From Candidatus Flemingiibacterium sp. (lineage in GTDB: Bacteria; Bacillota; Clostridia; Oscillospirales; CAG-272), in NCBI GenBank assembly GCA_045634005.1, contig JAZQZL010000069.1, positions 3,075 to 67,074 of the forward strand: a stretch of DNA of 64,000 nucleotides, in the 5' to 3' direction. Below the pieces are notes generated by a model. The model was not told the origin of the DNA, ran no database searches, and worked only from the letters and a program-made list of their open reading frames with translations. A program made the translations under genes and the position numbers. Below, in pieces: positions 36,271-43,942 of the stretch (its first letter is position 1; every line of letters begins with the position of its first letter).

Positions 36271-36651
36271 TTATTCACTCTGAGCCATAAGCGCCATATA
36301 AGCCATATTCGACTGCTGTACGTCAAGTCTGCCGTACTGTACTATAACGCCGATATCGCTTTTTATTTCCATTGAATACTGAACTCCGACGCCAATCTCA
36401 AGTCCGCCGAGCACTTCCTTTTCGTCCGTCTTGAAGCATCTGATGCGCTTTGCCGGAACTGTGTACGGAATGTTCTCGACGGGCTCACGGTCCTCAAAGT
36501 AAATACTGATAAGAACGTGCGCGTCCTCGCTGTTGGTGTTGAGTATCATTACGCTTTCGTGTCCGATATACTCGGCATCGGGATCGGGCTTTGGCGACGG
36601 ACGGTATCCGTCAACTATGTACCACTGTTTCTTTCCGCTCAATACAGGCAC
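36271..36651 (-). CDS. Sensory-rhodopsin-transducer (ASRT, PF07100-like) family protein, copy 2
   Basis: 126 aa. IGHESVMILNTNSEDAHVLISIYFEDREP, KRIRCFK and VIVQYGRLDVQQSNMAY are collinear with copy 1 and ASRT. Confidence 0.7.
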   Translation of the reverse strand: MPVLSGKKQWYIVDGYRPSPKPDPDAEYIGHESVMILNTNSEDAHVLISIYFEDREPVENIPYTVPAKRIRCFKTDEKEVLGGLEIGVGVQYSMEIKSDIGVIVQYGRLDVQQSNMAYMALMAQSE

Positions 36652-36746
36652 CTTCCTTTCTATATTTTCATTTTACCTGTTTTTAGTATAGGATTCTATG
36701 GGATTTCACGGACTGAAATTAGTAAAACAAGACATCGGCAAACCGA

Positions 36747-36775
36747 TTGACATAAGGGATAATAAATGGTATACT
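36747..36775 (+). promoter_or_regulatory. Promoter of the divergent AraC regulator
   Basis: TTGACA, 17 bp, TATACT (TGg upstream). Confidence 0.6.
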
Positions 36776-36797
36776 AAACACAGAGAGGAGGGATACT

Positions 36798-37703
36798 GTG
36801 AATAAGGACGTACCGCTCATAAAAAAAGAAGACCTTTTCAGCGAAAACGGTAGCGTGCATATACACCTTTCAAACGAATACAAGGACTACGTCGGAATCT
36901 TGCACAAGCACAAATTCATCGAGATCGTATATATAGTTTCGGGCAAAGCGCGCCACGTTATAAACGAGAATGAATATTTCGTAAAAAAGGGCGACGTTTC
37001 CGTCATAAACCCGTCCGAAGCGCACGCGTTTTACGCGGACACGGAATGTGACGAGGAGTTTGTCGCATATGACCTTATGTTCACTCCCGACTTTATCGAC
37101 CGCGCCTGCCTCGAAGGCGACGGCTTCTCCGAACTTTCCGACTCATTTATGTTCTATTCCCTCTTTCCCGACGAAAAGGAGTTCAAGAAGCGATTCAATC
37201 TCGTCCCGAGCTGCGGCTTCGTGCTTGAAACGGTTTTCGAGCGGATATATCACGAATACAAGGGTAAGAAAAACGGATACATAAACCTTATCCGTGTTTA
37301 CAGTGCAGAAATTATTATAAAGCTGCTACGCCGTATCGGGGACCTTAAAAAGAGCCATATTTCGGAGTCGCAGCGCCAGATCGTAGCAAAGGTGATCGAA
37401 TACGTTGAAAACAATTACAGCATAAAAATAAACACAGAGGAAATAGCCTCTAAAATGTTTTTCAACAAGGACTACATATCAAAGCTGTTTAAAAGCGAAA
37501 CGGGACAGTCGATCTCCGAATTTGTCCGTGAGATACGCTTGAAGGAAGCCTGCCGACAGATCGCGTCAACTGACAGAAACATCACCGAGATCGCGTACGA
37601 CTGCGGCTTCGGCGATATTAAAACCTTCTATTCGCTATTCAAAAAATACGTCGGCTGTACGCCAAAGGTGTACCGCGACGGTATATCGGAAGAGAAAAAC
37701 TAA
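36798..37703 (+). CDS. AraC family transcriptional regulator (GTG start), divergent from the ASRT/PTE/M24 operon
   Basis: Cupin N-domain (HKHKFIEIVYIVSGKA) and C-terminal HTH pair (TEEIASKMFFNKDYISKLFKSETG, ITEIAYDCGFGDIKTFYSLFKKYVG). Confidence 0.85.
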   Translation: MNKDVPLIKKEDLFSENGSVHIHLSNEYKDYVGILHKHKFIEIVYIVSGKARHVINENEYFVKKGDVSVINPSEAHAFYADTECDEEFVAYDLMFTPDFIDRACLEGDGFSELSDSFMFYSLFPDEKEFKKRFNLVPSCGFVLETVFERIYHEYKGKKNGYINLIRVYSAEIIIKLLRRIGDLKKSHISESQRQIVAKVIEYVENNYSIKINTEEIASKMFFNKDYISKLFKSETGQSISEFVREIRLKEACRQIASTDRNITEIAYDCGFGDIKTFYSLFKKYVGCTPKVYRDGISEEKN

Positions 37704-37926
37704 AAAGCAAATACTTTTTATCATCACCATTTTACCACCGCCGTTTGAAATTACCATTCATATAACTCTTATTAGCGCAGATAATAATATCAGAGCCGGG
37801 CGAAACGCTCTTGGCTCAATTAACAGACGTGTTTTGCCCGGCACATTTGTGGCGGTTTTACGAATTATCGTGAAAGCAGCAAGGCAGGTCGATAATATAG
37901 ATATTTCTTAATAAGGAGAAACAACT

Positions 37927-38127
37927 ATGTCTAGCAATAAGATCGTAGTTCCCGAGGCTAAGGCAGCCCTCGAGCAGTTCAAGATGGAAGCAGCAAGCGA
38001 GGTTGGCGTAAACTTAAAGCAGGGCTACAACGGCGAGCTCACCTCCCGTCAGGCAGGTTCCATCGGCGGTCAGATGGTTAAGAAGATGATCGAAAAGTAC
38101 GAGAACGACCTCAAGGCAGGCAAATAA
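37927..38127 (+). CDS. Small acid-soluble spore protein, alpha/beta type
   Basis: 66 aa. KMEAASEVGV and LTSRQAGSIGGQMVKKMI are diagnostic SASP blocks. Confidence 0.9.
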   Translation: MSSNKIVVPEAKAALEQFKMEAASEVGVNLKQGYNGELTSRQAGSIGGQMVKKMIEKYENDLKAGK

Positions 38128-38145
38128 GTCACTTTGACTTACAGT

Positions 38146-38178
38146 GCGGTCCCACTGCGGTGGGACCGCTTCTTTTTT
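38146..38178 (+). terminator. Terminator after the SASP gene
   Basis: GCGGTCCCAC-TGCG-GTGGGACCGC followed by TTCTTTTTT. Confidence 0.85.
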
Positions 38179-38201
38179 ACCGGTCTTTTGCCGAAAATCT
38201 A

Positions 38202-38230
38202 TTGACAAACGTGTTCGATTCTGTTATCAT
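38202..38230 (+). promoter_or_regulatory. Promoter of the GH51 gene
   Basis: TTGACA, 17 bp, TATCAT preceded by TGt. Confidence 0.6.
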
Positions 38231-38235
38231 CAATG

Positions 38236-38268
38236 TAACCGATATATTATACATATAGATATCGGTTA
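38236..38268 (+). promoter_or_regulatory. 10-bp-arm palindrome just downstream of the GH51 promoter (operator or leader hairpin)
   Basis: TAACCGATAT-N13-ATATCGGTTA. The left arm overlaps a partial cre-like TGTAACCGATAT. Confidence 0.45.
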
Positions 38269-38299
38269 TAAATACACACCTGATACGGAGCTAGCTATT

Positions 38300-39775
38300 A
38301 TGAAAGCAAAGATTTTAGTAAACAAAAACTTTATCATCGACAAGGTCGACGACCGCATATACGGCTCTATGATCGAGCACATCGGACGCGACGTGTACGG
38401 CGGACTTTACGAGCCGACTCACGAAACCGCGGACGATATGGGATTCCGTAAGGACGTTATTGACATTGTCAAGGAAATGGATCTCGCTCTCATACGTTAT
38501 CCCGGCGGCAACTTCGTTTCACAGTACAATTGGGAGGACGGCACGGGTGACAAGTCAAAGCGTCCGAAAAAGATGGAGATAGCATTCCAGACTATCGAAA
38601 CCAACGAGGTTGGTATCGACGAATTTCAGGAGTGGGCGAAGCGTTGCGGCTCCACCGTTATGCATGCGGTAAACCTCGGCTCGCGCGGTGCCGACGAGGC
38701 TCGCAACCTTGTTGAATACTGCAACTCCGACACAGATACATACTACGCAAATATGCGCCGTGCAAACGGCTTTGAAAAGCCGTTCGGCTTCAAGGTGTGG
38801 TGCCTTGGCAACGAAATGGGCGGAAAATCGCAGATATTCCGCAAAACCGCCGATGAGTACGGCAGACTTGCGCGCACCTCTGCGAGAGCGATGAAGGCGG
38901 TCGACCCGAGCATTGAGCTCGTTGTTTGCGGCAGCTCCTGCATCGGTATGGAGCATTTCGGCAATTGGGAAACCACGCTGCTTGACTACACGTATCAGTT
39001 CGTAGACTACATTTCTCTTCACCAGTATTTCCAGAACAACTCGAACAACACCGCTAAATTCCTCGGCAAGTCGCTTGAGCTTGACAGATTTATAAAATCC
39101 GTTGTCGGACTTTGCGATCTTGAGCGTCAAAAGCTTCAGCGCAAAAACATTATCAACATCGCATTTGACGAGTGGAACGTTATGAACGTGCCTATGGAGA
39201 TTCCGGAGGACGGAATGTGGGTAACCGGATCGCCGAGAATCGAGCAGACGTACAATTTCGAGGATGCGCTCGTTGTCGGATGTATGATGATGACCTTCCA
39301 AAATAACTGCGACAGAGTAAAGATCACCTGCTTCAACACGCTTATCAACTGCATCGCTCCTATAATGACCGAAACCGGCGGAGCTGCGTGGGTACAGACG
39401 ATTTTCTATCCGTTCCTCCTTGCATCCAAGCACGGTCGCGGCGTTGCGGCAAAGCCGATAGTAACGTGCGACAAGTACACCGAAGAGGATATCGCGGATA
39501 TTCCGTATCTCGAAACGGCGGTCATCTTTAACGACGACAAGCGAGAGATCAACGTATTCGCAGTAAACCGCTCGCTTACCGAGGAGATGGAGCTTGAAAC
39601 GGTATTCGAGGATTTCGGAGAGTATAAGCTCGTTGAGCACATTGAGCTCTACAACGACGACCTTAAGGCTACCAACACCAAGGATCACGCAAGCGTTCTT
39701 CCCGAGAACGTTGCGATCGGCGAAAAGATCATACTTAAAAAGCACTCTTGGAATATGCTCAAATATAAATATTGA
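38300..39775 (+). CDS. abfA: Alpha-L-arabinofuranosidase, glycoside hydrolase family 51
   Basis: Start refined to ATG 38300 (MKAKILVNKN). GSMIEHIGRDVYGGLYEP, RYPGGNFVSQYNWEDG and WCLGNEMGG (acid/base Glu) present. Confidence 0.85.
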   Translation: MKAKILVNKNFIIDKVDDRIYGSMIEHIGRDVYGGLYEPTHETADDMGFRKDVIDIVKEMDLALIRYPGGNFVSQYNWEDGTGDKSKRPKKMEIAFQTIETNEVGIDEFQEWAKRCGSTVMHAVNLGSRGADEARNLVEYCNSDTDTYYANMRRANGFEKPFGFKVWCLGNEMGGKSQIFRKTADEYGRLARTSARAMKAVDPSIELVVCGSSCIGMEHFGNWETTLLDYTYQFVDYISLHQYFQNNSNNTAKFLGKSLELDRFIKSVVGLCDLERQKLQRKNIINIAFDEWNVMNVPMEIPEDGMWVTGSPRIEQTYNFEDALVVGCMMMTFQNNCDRVKITCFNTLINCIAPIMTETGGAAWVQTIFYPFLLASKHGRGVAAKPIVTCDKYTEEDIADIPYLETAVIFNDDKREINVFAVNRSLTEEMELETVFEDFGEYKLVEHIELYNDDLKATNTKDHASVLPENVAIGEKIILKKHSWNMLKYKY

Positions 39776-39811
39776 TCCCCAAGCGACTGCCGTACGGCAT
39801 TCTCTTTTTAC

Positions 39812-39840
39812 TTGACAAACGCGCGGTTATAATGTATAAT
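39812..39840 (+). promoter_or_regulatory. Consensus promoter of the barnase-barstar pair
   Basis: TTGACA, 17 bp, TATAAT. Confidence 0.65.
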
Positions 39841-39872
39841 TAAAGTATAAAAAGCGAAAGGATGAACACCTT

Positions 39873-40460
39873 ATGGACTTTTACAAAATATCACGCACGC
39901 TTCGCCGTCCGCTTGCAGTTATACTCGCGCTGTTTATGCTCGCCGCGCTCGTTTCCTGCAGCATAGAGGACATTTCCGACGGTCTTGAGCTTGCGGGCGA
40001 TATAATCGACATCGTCGGCGAGGTTGAATCCCCCACGTCCGACGCGCCCGACATAACAGACAACGTCACACCCGACACCGAAGCTAACACGGACGAGAAC
40101 GTCACACCAACGCTCGACGAGAACGGATACTATTATTCAAAAGACGACGTCGCACTATACATACACACATATGGCAAGCTTCCACAAAATTTCATCACCA
40201 AGAGTGAAGCCGAGGATCTCGGTTGGGAAGGTGGCTCTGTGGAACGCTATCTTGACGGCGCGGCGATCGGCGGCGACAAATTCGGCAACCGCGAGGGACT
40301 GCTTCCGAGGGCTGACGGTCGAGTTTACTACGAGTGTGACATCGACACGAACGGGCAAAGCTCGCGCGGCGCAAAGCGCATAGTATTCTCGAACGACGGG
40401 CTTATCTATTACACCGACGACCACTATGAAAGCTTCACGCTTTTGTACGGCGAACAGTGA
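39873..40460 (+). CDS. Barnase-family (N1/T1 microbial) extracellular ribonuclease with a lipoprotein signal peptide and a long acidic linker
   Basis: Lipobox LVSCS. The C-terminal 110 aa are collinear with barnase (YIHTYGKLPQNFITKSEAEDLGW, GGDKFGNREGLLP, YYECDI, RIVFSNDGLIYYTDDHYESF). Confidence 0.85.
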   Translation: MDFYKISRTLRRPLAVILALFMLAALVSCSIEDISDGLELAGDIIDIVGEVESPTSDAPDITDNVTPDTEANTDENVTPTLDENGYYYSKDDVALYIHTYGKLPQNFITKSEAEDLGWEGGSVERYLDGAAIGGDKFGNREGLLPRADGRVYYECDIDTNGQSSRGAKRIVFSNDGLIYYTDDHYESFTLLYGEQ

Positions 40461-40470
40461 GGTGCAGAAT

Positions 40471-40719
40471 ATGAAAATCATACCTCTTGACGCATCGAAC
40501 TTCACAGACAAAAAAAGCTCGCACGAATATCTTGCAAACGCACTGCGCTTCCCTGCTTACTACGGGTGCAACCTCGACGCACTCGCAGATATGCTTTCCG
40601 AATTGCCGCGCGACGTTGGCGTTATATTTCACGCGACAGCGGATTACGGCGCCTATTCCGAGAGCATCATTGAAACGTTTATCGAGGTTCTCGGCGATGC
40701 TCGCACTATGATAATATAA
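40471..40719 (+). CDS. Barstar-family ribonuclease inhibitor
   Basis: Start refined to ATG 40471 (MKIIPLD, RBS GAGGTG). FPAYYGCNLDALADML matches barstar LPEYYGENLDALWDCL. Confidence 0.8.
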   Translation: MKIIPLDASNFTDKKSSHEYLANALRFPAYYGCNLDALADMLSELPRDVGVIFHATADYGAYSESIIETFIEVLGDARTMII

Positions 40720-40800
40720 ATTGACGAATTACGGATAGCGCAGAGGTGAAAATCCCGTTAACACACCAGGCGCAATTGTACCCACACAGCGGAGGACCTA

Positions 40801-42009
40801 ATGAAATTCAACTATATCGCAAACGGCAGACTATATACATATGCAGACGGCAAAAGCAGCGAAATAACTTCGCGCGTGCTCGACTCGTATCTGAAAAAGG
40901 TACGCGATGCCGCAGGACGTAACGAATGGAAATATACCGGCGAAGGTGCGGCATTTCGCGGAGCGTATCAAGCCGGTATGGATGCAGAAAGCCGCGTATC
41001 ATCGGTTTCGTCACACATTTTCTGTGCCGATACATATAACGGCGAGCTCGTCTATTCGCTTATGATCGACCGCTCGTCGGGCATTTACACTAGGCGCGAG
41101 GACAGTGATACAGACGGTATTGTGGTAAGCAGCGGCGACACTGCTTACCGCGATTTCGATATTGGCGGAAAACGGATGGTGCTGACCAGCGCGTTTGCCG
41201 GTGAAAGCCACATCGGCGTGTTGGATATTGGAAGCACGTCCTGCCGCATTTACACCGAAGGTCACACATGGGACAGTCAGCCCGTATGGTCGGCGACCGA
41301 GGCGAACAAAATATATTTCTGCTGTGCAGGCTTGCCGCTCGATGACGGTGAAAAAGAAAAGCTCGAACCCACGATGAGCTATGCGCAGATAATGACACAT
41401 ATGTTCACAGCCGCAAGCACATCTGCCTTGCGCGGTCCCACGTCGATATGTCTGATTGATATTGAGCGAGGCGATATGGATGAGCTTTTGTGTGATGACC
41501 GGTATGACTACACATCCCCACAAAGCACACGCGACGGTTCACTTTACTATATTCGCAAGCCCTACAAGCAAGAAAACGGTGGACAAAGCGGATTGGGCTG
41601 CCTCCTTGATGCATTGGCACTGCCGTTCCGACTTATGGGCGCGCTATTTGGCTTCCTCAATGTATTTTCTGCGAAATATTCAGGAAAAACTCTGACAAAA
41701 TCAGTCGGTACGAAGCAACGCGATGAAGAAAAAATATTCATCGACGGCAACCTCATAAATGCCGAAAGGGAGCTTCGCGCCAACAAATCACACGGCGACA
41801 CAAATCCCGGTATCATTCCCCGCTCGTGGGAGCTTCATCGACTCGCACCCGACGGTAGCGACACTCTTATAAAACGCGGAGTAATATCATTCCATGTGTG
41901 CGAGGGCGGCGACATACTCGTATCAAACGGCTCGGCGATTCTCCGCATTGGTACCGACGGCAAGGAAGAAAAGTTTGTCGATGCACAAAAGGTAACGTTT
42001 ATAAGATAA
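40801..42009 (+). CDS. Hypothetical protein (402 aa), possible beta-propeller with an internal hydrophobic segment
   Basis: Clean ORF with normal codon usage. No family recognised. Confidence 0.4.
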   Translation: MKFNYIANGRLYTYADGKSSEITSRVLDSYLKKVRDAAGRNEWKYTGEGAAFRGAYQAGMDAESRVSSVSSHIFCADTYNGELVYSLMIDRSSGIYTRREDSDTDGIVVSSGDTAYRDFDIGGKRMVLTSAFAGESHIGVLDIGSTSCRIYTEGHTWDSQPVWSATEANKIYFCCAGLPLDDGEKEKLEPTMSYAQIMTHMFTAASTSALRGPTSICLIDIERGDMDELLCDDRYDYTSPQSTRDGSLYYIRKPYKQENGGQSGLGCLLDALALPFRLMGALFGFLNVFSAKYSGKTLTKSVGTKQRDEEKIFIDGNLINAERELRANKSHGDTNPGIIPRSWELHRLAPDGSDTLIKRGVISFHVCEGGDILVSNGSAILRIGTDGKEEKFVDAQKVTFIR

Positions 42010-42012
42010 AAC

Positions 42013-42036
42013 AACGGACGGCTTTTGCCGTCCGTT
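42013..42036. terminator. Bidirectional terminator (hypothetical gene / ptsI)
   Basis: AACGGACGGC-TTTT-GCCGTCCGTT. Confidence 0.75.
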
Positions 42037-42038
42037 CG

Positions 42039-43673
42039 TTATTTCGAGAGGTCTATCGAGCGTATCACCTCGCGAAGGTGGAGCACGTACGACGGGGACA
42101 CCGACAGCTCGTCAATGCCCATTCGTAGAAAACGCTCCGTCAATGTCGTGTCCGCGGCAAGCTCGCCGCAGATGCCGATCCAATTGCCGCACGCGTGCGC
42201 GCACCTCGCCGCGTACTCGATAAGACGAAGCACCGCCTCGTGGTGCGTGTCGCAAAACTGCTCGAGCAAGGGGTTCTGCCTGTCACACGCAAGCGTGTAC
42301 TGCGTCAGATCGTTCGTGCCGACGCTGAAGAAATCCACCATCGGCGCAAGTCGGTCGGCGATTACCGCCGAGGCAGGCGTTTCTATCATAATGCCAAGCT
42401 CAACGCGCGGCGACACGGTAAGCCCCTCTCTCGCAAGCTCCTCGCGCACGTCACGGCAGATCTCAAGTATCTGCGCAAGCTCGGACTCGCTCGTTATCAT
42501 CGGAAACATAATGCCAAGCTCGCCGTACACGGACGCGCGATAGAGCGCGCGAAGCTGTGCCCTGAAAATTTCGGGGCGCGTCAGACAAAGCCGTATTGCG
42601 CGCAGTCCGAGCGCGGGATTCTCCTCTTTTTGAAGATTCAGATAGCTCACCTGCTTATCAGCGCCGATATCAAGCGTACGGATTATAACCTTTTTGCCGG
42701 CCATAGATTCAAGCACGCGCTTATATACGGCAAACTGCTCGTCCTCGCTCGGCTCATGCGTGTTTTCAAGATACAAAAACTCGCTTCGGAAAAGTCCGAT
42801 GCCGCCTGCATCGTTAAGCAGCACCGCGCCGATATTGCCGGCGCCGCCAATGTTTGCGTATACGTTTACGTGCGTGCCGTCAAGCGTTACGTTATCCTTG
42901 CCTCGGAGCGATTCAAGCAGCGCTCGCGCCGATATATCGGCCTCCTGCTTTTTTGACGCCTCCGTAAGAGCCACCTCGTCGGGCGACAGCACCACCTCAC
43001 CCGTAGAACCGTTTACTATTGCCGTGTCCCCGTCGCGCACCGCTGCCAAAAACGCGTCGCCTACGCCTATAACGGCGGGAATGTTCATTCCTCGCGCAAG
43101 TATCGCCGTATGCGAATTGGATGAGCCGTGCGCGGTTACAAACGCAAGCACGCGGCTCTTGTCAAGCGCGACTGTTTCGCTCGGCGCGAGATCGTCCGCG
43201 CAGATAATCACCTTCTCATCGGCTACGGGCGCGGTGCCGACTTCACCCGATAAAATTCTGATAAGTCTGTCGGATATGTCGCGCACATCAGCCGCGCGCG
43301 CCTGCATATACGCGTCCTCCATAGCTGAAAACATAGCCGCAAAATTGTCTGCGCAGAGAGCAACGGCGTACTCTGCGTTTATCTTCTGGCGCTCGATCAT
43401 ACCTGTGACTGATTCGGTAAAATCCTCGTCGGCGAGCATCATTTTGTGAATTTCAAATATCTGTGCGCCTGCCTCGCCGACCTCGACAAGCGCCTTTTCA
43501 TAAAGCTCTTCCAGCTCTCGCACCGCCTCCGCCACAGCCGCCTCAAAGCGCTCGCACTCCGATTTAATATCGTCAACGTGCTCCCTTACCACCTTCGCTG
43601 CCTTGCGACGAAGCACCGATATTTTACCTATTGCAATAGCGCCGTACACGCCCTTGCCGCAAAACGTCCGCAT
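42039..43673 (-). CDS. ptsI: Phosphoenolpyruvate-protein phosphotransferase (PTS enzyme I)
   Basis: GSSNSHTAILARG (active-site His region) and SVGTNDLTQY; 544 aa. Confidence 0.9.
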   Translation of the reverse strand: MRTFCGKGVYGAIAIGKISVLRRKAAKVVREHVDDIKSECERFEAAVAEAVRELEELYEKALVEVGEAGAQIFEIHKMMLADEDFTESVTGMIERQKINAEYAVALCADNFAAMFSAMEDAYMQARAADVRDISDRLIRILSGEVGTAPVADEKVIICADDLAPSETVALDKSRVLAFVTAHGSSNSHTAILARGMNIPAVIGVGDAFLAAVRDGDTAIVNGSTGEVVLSPDEVALTEASKKQEADISARALLESLRGKDNVTLDGTHVNVYANIGGAGNIGAVLLNDAGGIGLFRSEFLYLENTHEPSEDEQFAVYKRVLESMAGKKVIIRTLDIGADKQVSYLNLQKEENPALGLRAIRLCLTRPEIFRAQLRALYRASVYGELGIMFPMITSESELAQILEICRDVREELAREGLTVSPRVELGIMIETPASAVIADRLAPMVDFFSVGTNDLTQYTLACDRQNPLLEQFCDTHHEAVLRLIEYAARCAHACGNWIGICGELAADTTLTERFLRMGIDELSVSPSYVLHLREVIRSIDLSK

Positions 43674-43684
43674 TTTCCCTCCGA

Positions 43685-43942
43685 TTAAAGATTAGTCTTG
43701 AAAAACTCCTCGAGCGCCTCGAGTGCCGCATCCGCACTCGCGCCCTCTACGCTTACCGTTACCGTATCACCGCATTTGACGCCAAGTCCCATCACGGAAA
43801 AAAGCTTGCACGCATCAGCGCTCCTTCCACCCTTTTCGATCGTCACCCTGCACCCCGTCGCCTTGGCGGCATTTACGAGCATTCCGGCAGGCCGCGCGTG
43901 TATTCCCACCTCGTCGCGAATGGTATAACTGAATTTTCTCAT
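43685..43942 (-). CDS. ptsH: Phosphocarrier protein HPr (His15 present, Ser46 replaced by Lys)
   Basis: GIHARPA at positions 13-19. Position-by-position alignment with B. subtilis HPr puts K at residue 46. Confidence 0.85.
   Translation of the reverse strand: MRKFSYTIRDEVGIHARPAGMLVNAAKATGCRVTIEKGGRSADACKLFSVMGLGVKCGDTVTVSVEGASADAALEALEEFFKTNL

Noticed and set aside
37861-37926. A forespore sigma-G/sigma-F promoter upstream of the SASP gene.
   Set aside because: Biologically expected, but I could not align a convincing GHATR-17/18-CATxxTA pattern by eye, so no promoter is claimed.
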